This document shows positions 27,203 to 35,392 of a DNA stretch of 49,343 nt, piece by piece (the stretch's first letter is position 1; every line of letters starts with the position of its first letter). A model generated the notes under the pieces. It was not told the DNA's origin, ran no database searches, and saw nothing but the letters and a program-made list of their open reading frames with translations. The DNA comes from a virus (taxonomy: Duplodnaviria > Caudoviricetes), in IMG/VR virus record IMGVR_UViG_3300033143_003771, positions 1-49,343 of that record. One strand, 5' to 3'. The position numbers and the translations under genes were made by a program.

Positions 27203-28344
27203 CTCTTCTCCTTGGCTGCGTAGCCACGCCAACTGATCCCGTGCGGCGTGTTGCTGAGAAAATTCCACAACTGAGCGTCGGGATAATAGTTGCAGACGAT
27301 CCAGCTCCCGGCCCTAATGGGACGAGGCGTCTCGACGCCGAAGAAATCGTTGCTATCGCAGAACGCCAACCCGCTTTCCACCGTGTAAGCCTTCCCGGTC
27401 AACTCACGCGGCCAGGCATGGCTCGTGTTGAGGCCCTGTAGATCTCCATGCTCCATGAAGACGCGTCGGGGGCCGAGCATGAACCGATGCGCCTGATCCT
27501 CGATCTCATCCCTGGTGATGATGTCCCCATAGATGTCCTTCACATCCGGTTCCGCGGCAACGTACCAGATGCACCGCTTCTCCTTGATGGCCTTGGAGAT
27601 CACGTCACGATCATCGCAGAGGTACAGGGGAGATGCATCATCGACACTCGGTGCCACCCCCGGACGACGTAAAACCAGATCGTAGAGGTGCATTGCCGGT
27701 CCAAGCTGCTCGAGATCTGCCGGGACTGCGCTCTTACATGTCACCCCCACGGAGAGCAGGGCATCGCTGACCATCCCGTCATCCCCAAGTTGTTGGTCAT
27801 AGCGAAGCCCCAACCCCTCGTCCTCCTTCACCAGCGCAGCGGCCGGGGCGAGCACAATTTCATCCGGCAGCATCCGGCACCGTTCCTTGAGTTTACCCAA
27901 CGCGAGCGCCGACTTTCCAATCATGCCCCCACGATCGAACTCCATGCCACGGTGATGCATCTCCTGCGCGACGAAGGATGCCCCTCGCTCGTAATCCGAC
28001 GTGTCGAGCTTACGTTTCTTGGCCTTCCGGTAGTACTCCGCGAGCTCGATCCACGCATCCTCCAGAGCCTTATCCTCGAAGTCGCTAAGCTGGCCTGGAG
28101 AGAGGCGCCGGAGCAGCTGGAGCTCAATGGCGGTGTGCTGCGGGACCCGTGCGCCTGCCGCTCCACCCGATGCCGCCAAGGATGCCCGGTGGATCAGGTC
28201 ATGCTGCCAACCTACTAGTTGCTTGCGAGCATTCTTGTGATACGCCTCGAGGTATTCGCGACAATATGCGCGGCGCTTGGCCCTGGTCTTCCGTGGCTTC
28301 TCTACCCCGTCCACATGGACGTCACTCGGATCAACGTGCGGCAT
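27199..28344 (-). CDS. Prohead protease (XkdF-like C-terminal domain) with N-terminal extension
   Basis: EPD..D..GD.IT.DEIE..AH.FM, H, VES, GSW, GISW.G; RBS AGGAG before ATG 28344. Confidence 0.75.
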   Translation of the reverse strand: MPHVDPSDVHVDGVEKPRKTRAKRRAYCREYLEAYHKNARKQLVGWQHDLIHRASLAASGGAAGARVPQHTAIELQLLRRLSPGQLSDFEDKALEDAWIELAEYYRKAKKRKLDTSDYERGASFVAQEMHHRGMEFDRGGMIGKSALALGKLKERCRMLPDEIVLAPAAALVKEDEGLGLRYDQQLGDDGMVSDALLSVGVTCKSAVPADLEQLGPAMHLYDLVLRRPGVAPSVDDASPLYLCDDRDVISKAIKEKRCIWYVAAEPDVKDIYGDIITRDEIEDQAHRFMLGPRRVFMEHGDLQGLNTSHAWPRELTGKAYTVESGLAFCDSNDFFGVETPRPIRAGSWIVCNYYPDAQLWNFLSNTPHGISWRGYAAKEKR

Positions 28345-28867
28345 CGGTATCTCCTGGAATGGAATGGTGACGCCACCAGTCCTCGAATGGAAGCCCCTTG
28401 TCCTCCACGTCGGCCCGCTCCAGGATATACCCCGCATCCTGGAGCAGCCGACGCATCTCCTCACGCGGCTCGGGGCCGAAGCGGTAGGCGTCATGCTCGA
28501 TCGTGGCCACTTTGAAAGCAACCCTGCACTCGAGGATGCGCCGCAATGCAGCCAGGGACGCGGCATCCACGTCTAGGCTCAGGTAGTCCACTGATCGCAT
28601 GGATGAACCATACGGGAACACCGTCGCATCCGCCTTAATGAAGGTGGTCTTGGGGCGAAGCTTTTTCCAGAGATCGAGATCGGCGCCAATGTCGATCGCC
28701 CACCCGCGCCAGCCGTCGGCCTCCAGGGCGCAGGTGTTGCTGAAGTCGACGGGGTGGCCACAGCCAACGTCAAGGAAGAGCAGCGGCATGTGAAGACGAT
28801 TGAACCGCGGGATCATCCAGTGCGCCCAAAGATCCTGGCCAACCTGACTGTGCGATTCAATTCTCAT
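28331..28867 (-). CDS. FkbM-like SAM-dependent methyltransferase
   Basis: SQVGQD.W, FLDVGC..P...SNT..LE..GW.G..ID, VDYLSLDVD, F.V.TIEHD, FEDWW. Confidence 0.85.
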   Translation of the reverse strand: MRIESHSQVGQDLWAHWMIPRFNRLHMPLLFLDVGCGHPVDFSNTCALEADGWRGWAIDIGADLDLWKKLRPKTTFIKADATVFPYGSSMRSVDYLSLDVDAASLAALRRILECRVAFKVATIEHDAYRFGPEPREEMRRLLQDAGYILERADVEDKGLPFEDWWRHHSIPGDTDAAR

Positions 28868-28869
28868 CG

Positions 28870-29616
28870 TTATTCCCGCAGGTGGAGATCCGTGATCGAG
28901 ATGCCTGTCCGGGCCTTGTCCGCGCACCGTGGCCAATTGCCCTCGATGAATGAGGCATCATACTCCCCCACGTAATCTTCGACAACGGGGGCGAAGATCT
29001 GAGCATCAGAGAGCACTGCGGCCCACCAGCTAAAGGTGGAGTTCGCCCGCAGAATCACCTCTGCTTGCATAATGGTGAGGAAATCGGGCAGGTATGAAAA
29101 TGAGCCGGGCACGCCACGGATGATGCGCGGCTGGTCTTGCCTCACCCAGCGCATGCAGACAATTGGCAAATTATGCTCCTCGCATGCGCGTACGTAGGAT
29201 CGCTCCGGGATGTTCGCGTAGCAATCATGCCCGAGATAGTCTCCCTGCCTGACATGCGCGACCAGCTGGTGGCTCCCCCGGCCACAGAGGTCAAGCCACT
29301 TGGGTTCAACCTGAAGCCATCGCTTGATCTCCTCGCGGGATAGTCGGTCTATCCAGTTCTGAGACTGGAAATAGCCACCAAGCCGCACGTCAACCTGTCC
29401 CTCACGGATGACGTTACTGGGCCCGGCGTTCCCGTCGCTCACCTCTGGGAGATCACAACTGAAACCAGGCTCCTCCGACAGCCCAAAGATATGCCGCCCC
29501 GCCCACTCGGGGACCTCGAGCGTGGCGCCATGGATCTCGGCGTACTTTCGCGCGGCGCAGTATTGGTGCAATTGGTTCCCCAGCCCTCCCATGAGCTGAA
29601 CTTGGACGATGCTCAT
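28870..29616 (-). CDS. Alpha-1,2-fucosyltransferase-like glycosyltransferase (GT11)
   Basis: GGLGNQL.QY, GYFQS, HVR.GDY, NSTFSWWAA signature motifs. Confidence 0.9.
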   Translation of the reverse strand: MSIVQVQLMGGLGNQLHQYCAARKYAEIHGATLEVPEWAGRHIFGLSEEPGFSCDLPEVSDGNAGPSNVIREGQVDVRLGGYFQSQNWIDRLSREEIKRWLQVEPKWLDLCGRGSHQLVAHVRQGDYLGHDCYANIPERSYVRACEEHNLPIVCMRWVRQDQPRIIRGVPGSFSYLPDFLTIMQAEVILRANSTFSWWAAVLSDAQIFAPVVEDYVGEYDASFIEGNWPRCADKARTGISITDLHLRE

Positions 29617-30185
29617 CGCCGCTCCCAGCTCTCCCACTGCCCACCGTTTTCGCACCACTGCTCTCGATGGGTCGACTCCAGCCGGTCGCGGATCATGAGG
29701 CGGTGTTCGTCCGCCCCCTGCGGGCCAGCGCCACACCCGTGCCACTGGATTTGGAAGAACCGAACGAGGCGCACCAGATCCTTCTCAAGCATCCGCTCGA
29801 GGAGCTCGTACTCGCCACCCTCGATGTTGATCTTCATCAGGTCAACCCCGCGGCTTAAACGCGAGAACACCTCGGCCACGTCTCTGATCTGGATCGGCTG
29901 CGAGGCTGCGCCGGGTTCGTGGTAGATCGACGAGGAATCTCCTCGAGCCTCCATCATCACGATCCGGGTGGAGCCGCCAAGGCCATAATTAAACCGCACG
30001 AGCCCTGATACCTTCTGCAACTTGTTGTAGAAGCAAGGAAGCGGCTCAAACGCGAACACGAGACATCCCCACTTCTCGATGCACCAGCGCGTGAAGTCGC
30101 CACGGTAGGCCCCGACGTCAAGCACCAGCGATTCGGAATCTAGGGGATACTGCAAACGAAACTCCTCCACGCTCACACCATACAT
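29613..30185 (-). CDS. FkbM family methyltransferase
   Basis: VLDVGAY.G, FAFEP, VDLMKINIEGGEY, QIQWH. Confidence 0.9.
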   Translation of the reverse strand: MYGVSVEEFRLQYPLDSESLVLDVGAYRGDFTRWCIEKWGCLVFAFEPLPCFYNKLQKVSGLVRFNYGLGGSTRIVMMEARGDSSSIYHEPGAASQPIQIRDVAEVFSRLSRGVDLMKINIEGGEYELLERMLEKDLVRLVRFFQIQWHGCGAGPQGADEHRLMIRDRLESTHREQWCENGGQWESWERR

Positions 30186-30922
30186 TCATGCGCCGGATCG
30201 GTCATCGAGTAGGGGAACCCCCCAACCTCGCCACAAAGATCGCTCATCGAACCCGGGCGAGGGACGAAGAGCCGCGGCGACAGAGTGTAGAAGCGGTGCT
30301 CCCGGGCAAAATTAGTCAGCACCATGTCAACTGCGCCGGGGTAAGAGTCAGGCGAGGGGTGCTCGCGGTCCAGCGACTCCGTGATCACCCTCGCGAAGGT
30401 GCGGCTGATGGCGTAGGCAACGGTCCCCAGCATCCCCCCGTTGCGGATCACGTTCGGCGCCGCGCGGGCGATGGGATCAGATTGGTACCCGCCGCCCAGG
30501 TAGAGCACGTCCCAGTCCTCGGGAACCTGGCTGATCATGAAGTCGAAGCGCTCGTTGAGGGCCATGTGCGGCACCGCATCGTAGCGTGGAGCCCATGGGG
30601 CCGAGAGAAAGACAGCCATGGCCGGATTGTCAAGATCGAACCCCCCGGAGCGCATCGCATCCATGGTCAGGAGCATGAAATCGTCTTCGAAGATCAACAC
30701 CCTCACACCGTAGTCGCCATCAGCGACCTTGCGCCAAATCGCACGATGGGATGCGGTGCACCCGGCGTTCCCATTGTCTGGCAGATCGACGCCAGGAAAA
30801 CGTGCGAACGTGCTGATTTGAAGCAGACTGAACTCTGCCTCTGACTGCTCCCGGCGGTCAATGCGCCGGTCCAGGTTCACGTATAGAACGCTGTCGAAGT
30901 ACCGATTGAGGGAAGAGGGCAT
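30173..30922 (-). CDS. Glycosyltransferase family 25
   Basis: YVNLDRR.DRR, GC.ASH, LIFEDD, DWDVLYLG, AY.IS motifs. Confidence 0.9.
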   Translation of the reverse strand: MPSSLNRYFDSVLYVNLDRRIDRREQSEAEFSLLQISTFARFPGVDLPDNGNAGCTASHRAIWRKVADGDYGVRVLIFEDDFMLLTMDAMRSGGFDLDNPAMAVFLSAPWAPRYDAVPHMALNERFDFMISQVPEDWDVLYLGGGYQSDPIARAAPNVIRNGGMLGTVAYAISRTFARVITESLDREHPSPDSYPGAVDMVLTNFAREHRFYTLSPRLFVPRPGSMSDLCGEVGGFPYSMTDPAHECMV

Positions 30923-30924
30923 GG

Positions 30925-31113
30925 CTACTCCTTTTCAGGTTTTACACGATAGCACGCTGGCCCATACGATGGTCTAGACGCGTCTAACCACCCTGCTTTG
31001 ACCAATGCCTCAAGATCGGCCTGCACCGCCCCGGCTGACCATGCCTGCCGAGAAGTGAACCACCCTTGTTCGAACATGCGACGGAGCACGGAAACGATGG
31101 GTGGCGCCATCAC
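30925..31113 (-). CDS. Small hypothetical protein (possible winged helix)
   Basis: GTGA overlap with upstream stop; L..LV..GWL pattern. Confidence 0.5.
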   Translation of the reverse strand: MMAPPIVSVLRRMFEQGWFTSRQAWSAGAVQADLEALVKAGWLDASRPSYGPACYRVKPEKE

Positions 31114-32069
31114 TGGTACTCCTCGCGCAGTTCCCGCAGGTCCAACACGGGCGGCTCGTCGAAGATCGCGGTGGCCTCGGGATCAAGTGCCGTCGCGAAA
31201 CCCGCGCCGAGGTACGCGCAGCGCTCCTCATCCCCGTGATGCCCGCATTGCTCCCCGTGCAAATGCGGGCAAGGGCCAACCAAGAGCTCGATCTCCGGGT
31301 GCCGCCAGTTCTCGGCCAGATTCGCCACCCGGATGTCCCGCTGCACCCGACATGACTGCCACGCCTGGTTGCAGCACTTCACGATTGGGCGCTCCATGTT
31401 GATCGCCAGCGAACTGTGTCCCGTCTGCGGCTCGATGTCGAACCCCGGGAGATGCACGAGTGCTTGCCTCAGCCCCGCCGCCGAGAGACGCAGCGACCAA
31501 TCGGCGTCCTCCAGCCCCTGGCCACCATCATATGCCTCGTCATAGCCGTTCACCTCGAGCGCGAGTTCGCGGGGGTAACTCCCGAAGCCGTAGACCATCG
31601 GAGTCGGTCCTGGTCGACGAGCATCTCCGCGATTGGGCCAGCACATGCCCAGACAGACCATGTTCTCCTTCCACGCCTTCCAGAACGTCGCCACGTAGTT
31701 CGGCGGGAGGACGCAGCAGTCGTCGAGATTCAGGATCAGCTCGCCACGACATGCAGCGATTCCAGTGTTTCGGTAGGCGCTGATCGCGACCTTGCGCATA
31801 CGGACCCAGGGTGAGCCCAGCCGCGGGGGGACGTGGCGGATTGCGAAGGGCATCGGGCGCTCACCGATCGCGTCGACGATCACATCATTCAGCGACCTGC
31901 GGCTGTGCCCTATGAGCCCATCGACGATCACCAGCTCGAACGGGGGTGCGTCCACCTGGGCGGCTAGATCCTCGACAACCTTCCCGATGCAGTCCCATTC
32001 TGGGCGCTCGCGGTAGGCGTCGGAGTCGCGGACAGTGCAGAGGAGAAGGGAAACGAGGGGGGTGGTCAT
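31110..32069 (-). CDS. GT-A fold glycosyltransferase (GT2 with GT7-like C-terminal motif)
   Basis: FELVIVDG, RN.GI..C.GELIL.LDDC, VNGYDE.Y.G..G.EDAD...RL. Confidence 0.85.
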   Translation of the reverse strand: MTTPLVSLLLCTVRDSDAYRERPEWDCIGKVVEDLAAQVDAPPFELVIVDGLIGHSRRSLNDVIVDAIGERPMPFAIRHVPPRLGSPWVRMRKVAISAYRNTGIAACRGELILNLDDCCVLPPNYVATFWKAWKENMVCLGMCWPNRGDARRPGPTPMVYGFGSYPRELALEVNGYDEAYDGGQGLEDADWSLRLSAAGLRQALVHLPGFDIEPQTGHSSLAINMERPIVKCCNQAWQSCRVQRDIRVANLAENWRHPEIELLVGPCPHLHGEQCGHHGDEERCAYLGAGFATALDPEATAIFDEPPVLDLRELREEYQ

Positions 32070-32455
32070 CCGATGCCCTCCATCATCTTGATCGTGCGCT
32101 CCAGCTCGGCGATCTCGCGGAGCATGCCTTGCGCGCTTTCCCAGAACCCGCCGAGTGGATGGAGCAATGACAGGTGCATGTAGACGGCCGTTTCCCGCCG
32201 CAGCTTGGCGATCCTCTCCTGCGGGGTCTCATCGAGCATGCGCTGCAGCTTAGACATTGCAGCGCTCGTCGTGGAGCGGATTCTGTCCTCGCGTTCCGGC
32301 GAATCGTACCCGCACTTGTCTATCCACTCGTCGACTCCGGCCAGCTGCTCCCTAGCCTGCGCCACCGTATCGAGGCCGACCTCGGCCCGCAGCTCGTCGA
32401 TCGACGGCAAACCCAGCCGCGCCCGGATCTCGTCGATTAGGCTCGTCGTTCTCAT
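32066..32455 (-). CDS. Hypothetical helical protein
   Basis: ATGA overlaps on both sides. Confidence 0.6.
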   Translation of the reverse strand: MRTTSLIDEIRARLGLPSIDELRAEVGLDTVAQAREQLAGVDEWIDKCGYDSPEREDRIRSTTSAAMSKLQRMLDETPQERIAKLRRETAVYMHLSLLHPLGGFWESAQGMLREIAELERTIKMMEGIG

Positions 32456-33009
32456 GGCAGTTTTCCGTATCTTCTGGCGATACTCTCGCGAATCCTTCGT
32501 CGACCCCGGGATTCCAGTTTCCTCACTCGTTCCCTGGTCACACCTAGCTCCCTCCCGATCTCCATCAATGTTTCCTCTCGCAATCGCGCCTCAAGAACTG
32601 CCCGGTCTCTCTTGGGCAATGTACGTATCGCCTCCCCTAGCATCCTGCGCTGTTCTGACATCTCACAATAATGGTCGGGCAGTAGCGGCGGCTCCGATGT
32701 CGCTGCCAATGTTGCTAGGGCTTCCTCGGCGTCGATGCTGCGCTCGGCCACTGGTCTCTTCACTGCCAATACCCCGGGCGTCCATAACTCTTCTGGATGC
32801 ACGCCGAAGTATTCTGCAATCCTTACCGCTATTGAACGGAACTCTCCATTTGCACGGAACGGAGACTTCTTCATACCCTCCAGTCTGAGATAAGCGCCAT
32901 ATGAAACCCCGGCAGCATGCGCCAGCTCCATCGGGGACTTTTCCTCCGCCTCGCGCCGCTCAAGAAGCAGGTTGTTCCGCACTCGCAGGGTTACTCGCAG
33001 CTCCTTCAT
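32452..33009 (-). CDS. XRE-like HTH fused to sigma-70 region 4 domain
   Basis: ELA.AAGVS...Y..LE N-terminal HTH; LP.RDR.VL..R...TL.EIG.ELGVTRERVR.LE.R region 4. Confidence 0.8.
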   Translation of the reverse strand: MKELRVTLRVRNNLLLERREAEEKSPMELAHAAGVSYGAYLRLEGMKKSPFRANGEFRSIAVRIAEYFGVHPEELWTPGVLAVKRPVAERSIDAEEALATLAATSEPPLLPDHYCEMSEQRRMLGEAIRTLPKRDRAVLEARLREETLMEIGRELGVTRERVRKLESRGRRRIRESIARRYGKLP

Positions 33010-33014
33010 GAAGA

Positions 33015-34571
33015 CTACACCCTCTGGACGAAGATCACGTTCCTCGGCGACCAGCTCGCGAGGTTCACCGTCGCTGGGTCCTCGCAGCGCAGCACCTGGA
33101 ATTGTTGCATGAGATCGAAACGCGGTTTCAGCCCGTGCGCATCGAACTTGTCGATCCACCACCCCCAGCGACGAATCGTGAGATGCCCGGCGACCAGGAG
33201 CCAGGCGTTCTCCTTCGTGACCTCGACGGGCGGGATGAACGTGTAATCCTTCTCCCCGATGTCGCCGCGAGTGCAGATGTTGAAGAAGCCGATCCCGCCG
33301 GGAGCGAGCCACTCGCGAACCGCCCTGCAGAGCACGTTGACGTCTGGCTCGGCGATGTGCTCCCAGAGGTCCAGCGCCGAGATCATCTCGTAATGATACC
33401 CAAGCCCACTGACAGCCAGCTCACCGGTGATGTCGCCGCACTTGAGATGCTCGATGCCCATCTCCCGCCCTCTCTCGACGGCGGCTTTCGAGATGTCGAC
33501 GCCATAAGCATTGCTGGTGAATGCCTGCATGGCGTTGACGAACCCGCCGGCCCCGCACCCGAGATCGAGCGCGAAGCCGTCGCCATCAACGAGCCCCATG
33601 CGATTCAGCCACCCGGCGATTTTCGCGAACCCAGACCAGTTGTGAGCCGTCGAGTGGTAGGTGTCCCAGGTGCCATCTGGCCGGCAGAACCGGATTCCCT
33701 TCTCGCCGCCGTAGTACTCAGGGCCGTAGTGGGTCTCAGGATCGAACATCGAGCCCAGCTCGAGGACCCGACCCTGGCCCGGCGGGGGCGGGTCAACCTC
33801 CACCGGGCCGAGGGCCTCCGTCAGTGGGTCCTTCTCCGGCACAGCGAGCATGCCCAACGCCTGTGAACGTCGCTCATTGACCAGAGACCTGGGGACGAAT
33901 GCTATCTCGCCGGCCATCTTCTCCCGAAGCTCGTCCAGCGACCAAACCATGTTCTGCTCCACTCCGGCATCCCTGGCCCAGCGAAGCAGCGGCGAGTACT
34001 GCCGGTTATGATGCGACCCCCACACCTGCGTAGCGTAAAGCAGGCACGGCAGGTCGAGGATTGCGCAAGCCATCGCGATTCCCACATCATCAATCGCAAC
34101 GTACCCCGTGACACAAGCGAGATCACAATGTTTTGGGATCGCATCGGCGAGATAACCGTAAAACGCCCATCCCGGAGCCCAAGGAACTCCCCATGCATCA
34201 CAGAGAACCCCGACAGATGCGGCATCGCTGGCCGCCCAGCCTACATAGGTCTCCTGCTGCGCCCGGAACCCGAGGTGCAGTGCCCATTCGGCACTCAGGG
34301 GATCGGCCACCGTGGGCGATTTCCCGAGCTGCATGAGTGCACCAACGTGCTGCCGGATGTCCGCGGAGTAGCGGGAAACCATAGCCTCGGTGATCACCAG
34401 GCCGACCGTCCCCAGGAGCTCTCCGGCCTGATGCGCCGCGAGTAGTTGCTCGAATGACTCCCCCAGGTCGACAGGACCGGCGCCGTAGACCGCCATATCG
34501 CCCGGAGCGTTGGAGATCACCGACTCAGAGAGCTCACCCTCTGCAGTCTTCGGTTTGTTGATGAGCTTCAT
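33015..34571 (-). CDS. Class I SAM-dependent methyltransferase with uncharacterised N-terminal domain
   Basis: LDLGCGAGGFV, GVDIS..AV, DLWEHI, L.PGG; start moved to ATG 34571 (ATGA overlap). Confidence 0.8.
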   Translation of the reverse strand: MKLINKPKTAEGELSESVISNAPGDMAVYGAGPVDLGESFEQLLAAHQAGELLGTVGLVITEAMVSRYSADIRQHVGALMQLGKSPTVADPLSAEWALHLGFRAQQETYVGWAASDAASVGVLCDAWGVPWAPGWAFYGYLADAIPKHCDLACVTGYVAIDDVGIAMACAILDLPCLLYATQVWGSHHNRQYSPLLRWARDAGVEQNMVWSLDELREKMAGEIAFVPRSLVNERRSQALGMLAVPEKDPLTEALGPVEVDPPPPGQGRVLELGSMFDPETHYGPEYYGGEKGIRFCRPDGTWDTYHSTAHNWSGFAKIAGWLNRMGLVDGDGFALDLGCGAGGFVNAMQAFTSNAYGVDISKAAVERGREMGIEHLKCGDITGELAVSGLGYHYEMISALDLWEHIAEPDVNVLCRAVREWLAPGGIGFFNICTRGDIGEKDYTFIPPVEVTKENAWLLVAGHLTIRRWGWWIDKFDAHGLKPRFDLMQQFQVLRCEDPATVNLASWSPRNVIFVQRV

Positions 34572-34750
34572 CCGATCCCCGTGTGCGGCCTGCAGGAGCG
34601 CCCATTTTTTAGGAGCGCTCGAAGACACGCATTGCTCAGCGTCTGGACGTGTTTCTTGCTCATATGACGCATGGGACTCTGTTCGGAGAATCCGAGGCGA
34701 AGTTTCTCCCAGCGCGCCTCGACCTTGCGCACCATCTGGACCCTGGTCAT
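34568..34750 (-). CDS. Small basic hypothetical protein
   Basis: ATGA overlaps on both sides. Confidence 0.5.
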   Translation of the reverse strand: MTRVQMVRKVEARWEKLRLGFSEQSPMRHMSKKHVQTLSNACLRALLKNGRSCRPHTGIG

Positions 34751-34962
34751 CTTCCCTCACATGAGATGGCGGCGTTTGCGATCATGATCGCCTCCCGCAC
34801 CCTACGCACCGCCACGGTCTGGTCGGCGCATGGGGGCGTGTTCTGCACGATAGCAGTAGCGAACACCCTGCCCGCCTCGCGGATGGCTTCGTACTTCGGG
34901 ATATCCCCGTGCTTCGGCTGGTGGTAGGTGAACCAATGCAACATCATCTCGGCCGTGATCAT
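34747..34962 (-). CDS. Acb2/Tad1-hairpin-like small protein (candidate nucleotide sponge)
   Basis: FTYH.P.....YEAIR.A...A..I...P...D...A.R..REA.M.ANAAI pattern, recalled from this helical hairpin family. Confidence 0.65.
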   Translation of the reverse strand: MITAEMMLHWFTYHQPKHGDIPKYEAIREAGRVFATAIVQNTPPCADQTVAVRRVREAIMIANAAISCEGR

Positions 34963-35243
34963 GTGATGACCCTCCTGGTGAGGCGCTCTAATGACGCCTT
35001 CGCATGCTCGTAGTCAGATTTCGTCGCCCCCCAGTTGTTCATATCGATCAGGTGCGCCAGGAGAGACGCGGCATCCGGAGCGGAGAGCTCCTTTCCGCCC
35101 TTTGTCACATCATCCACCATCTCGCAATACTGCCGAAGCAGAGGACCCGGTTCTTCCACCGTCGGCTGGGGCGGGGGACCTGCGTCGATCAGCTTCTTCA
35201 ACTGGGCCAACTGCATCGCCATCAGTTGTTCATTTCGTCCCAT
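34959..35243 (-). CDS. Hypothetical protein, first gene of accessory island
   Basis: RBS GGAGG; ATGA overlap with the next gene. Confidence 0.65.
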   Translation of the reverse strand: MGRNEQLMAMQLAQLKKLIDAGPPPQPTVEEPGPLLRQYCEMVDDVTKGGKELSAPDAASLLAHLIDMNNWGATKSDYEHAKASLERLTRRVIT

Positions 35244-35259
35244 CTACTCCCTCCAAAAG

Positions 35260-35354
35260 TGCCCGGTCTCGCAAGCCGCTTTCGCCTGGGGGAAGATCAC
35301 GACGGCGAGACCGGGCAACGGCGTCAGTGGAATTGGTGTGGGCCTCCCAGGCAA
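35260..35354 (-). ncRNA. Candidate pseudoknotted leader RNA
   Basis: 13-bp stem 35260-35272/35305-35317 and a crossing 9-bp pairing 35282-35290/35346-35354. Confidence 0.4.
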
Positions 35355-35361
35355 CAAAATC

Positions 35362-35389
35362 ATTACAACGGCAGGGTCGCGCCTGTCAA
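35362..35389 (-). promoter_or_regulatory. Putative sigma70 promoter for accessory island
   Basis: TTGACA-N16-TGTAAT in the intergenic gap. Confidence 0.5.
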
Positions 35390-35392
35390 GCC

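Noticed and set aside
27199-34760. Long N-terminal extensions given in the ORF track for the protease, FkbM, GT11, sigma-like and methyltransferase genes
   Set aside because: They overlap upstream genes in another frame; downstream ATGs with RBS or stop/start overlaps fit better
35260-35354. HDV-like (theta) ribozyme
   Set aside because: P1/P2 crossing order fits, but I could not form P3, P1.1 or a catalytic J4/2 segment
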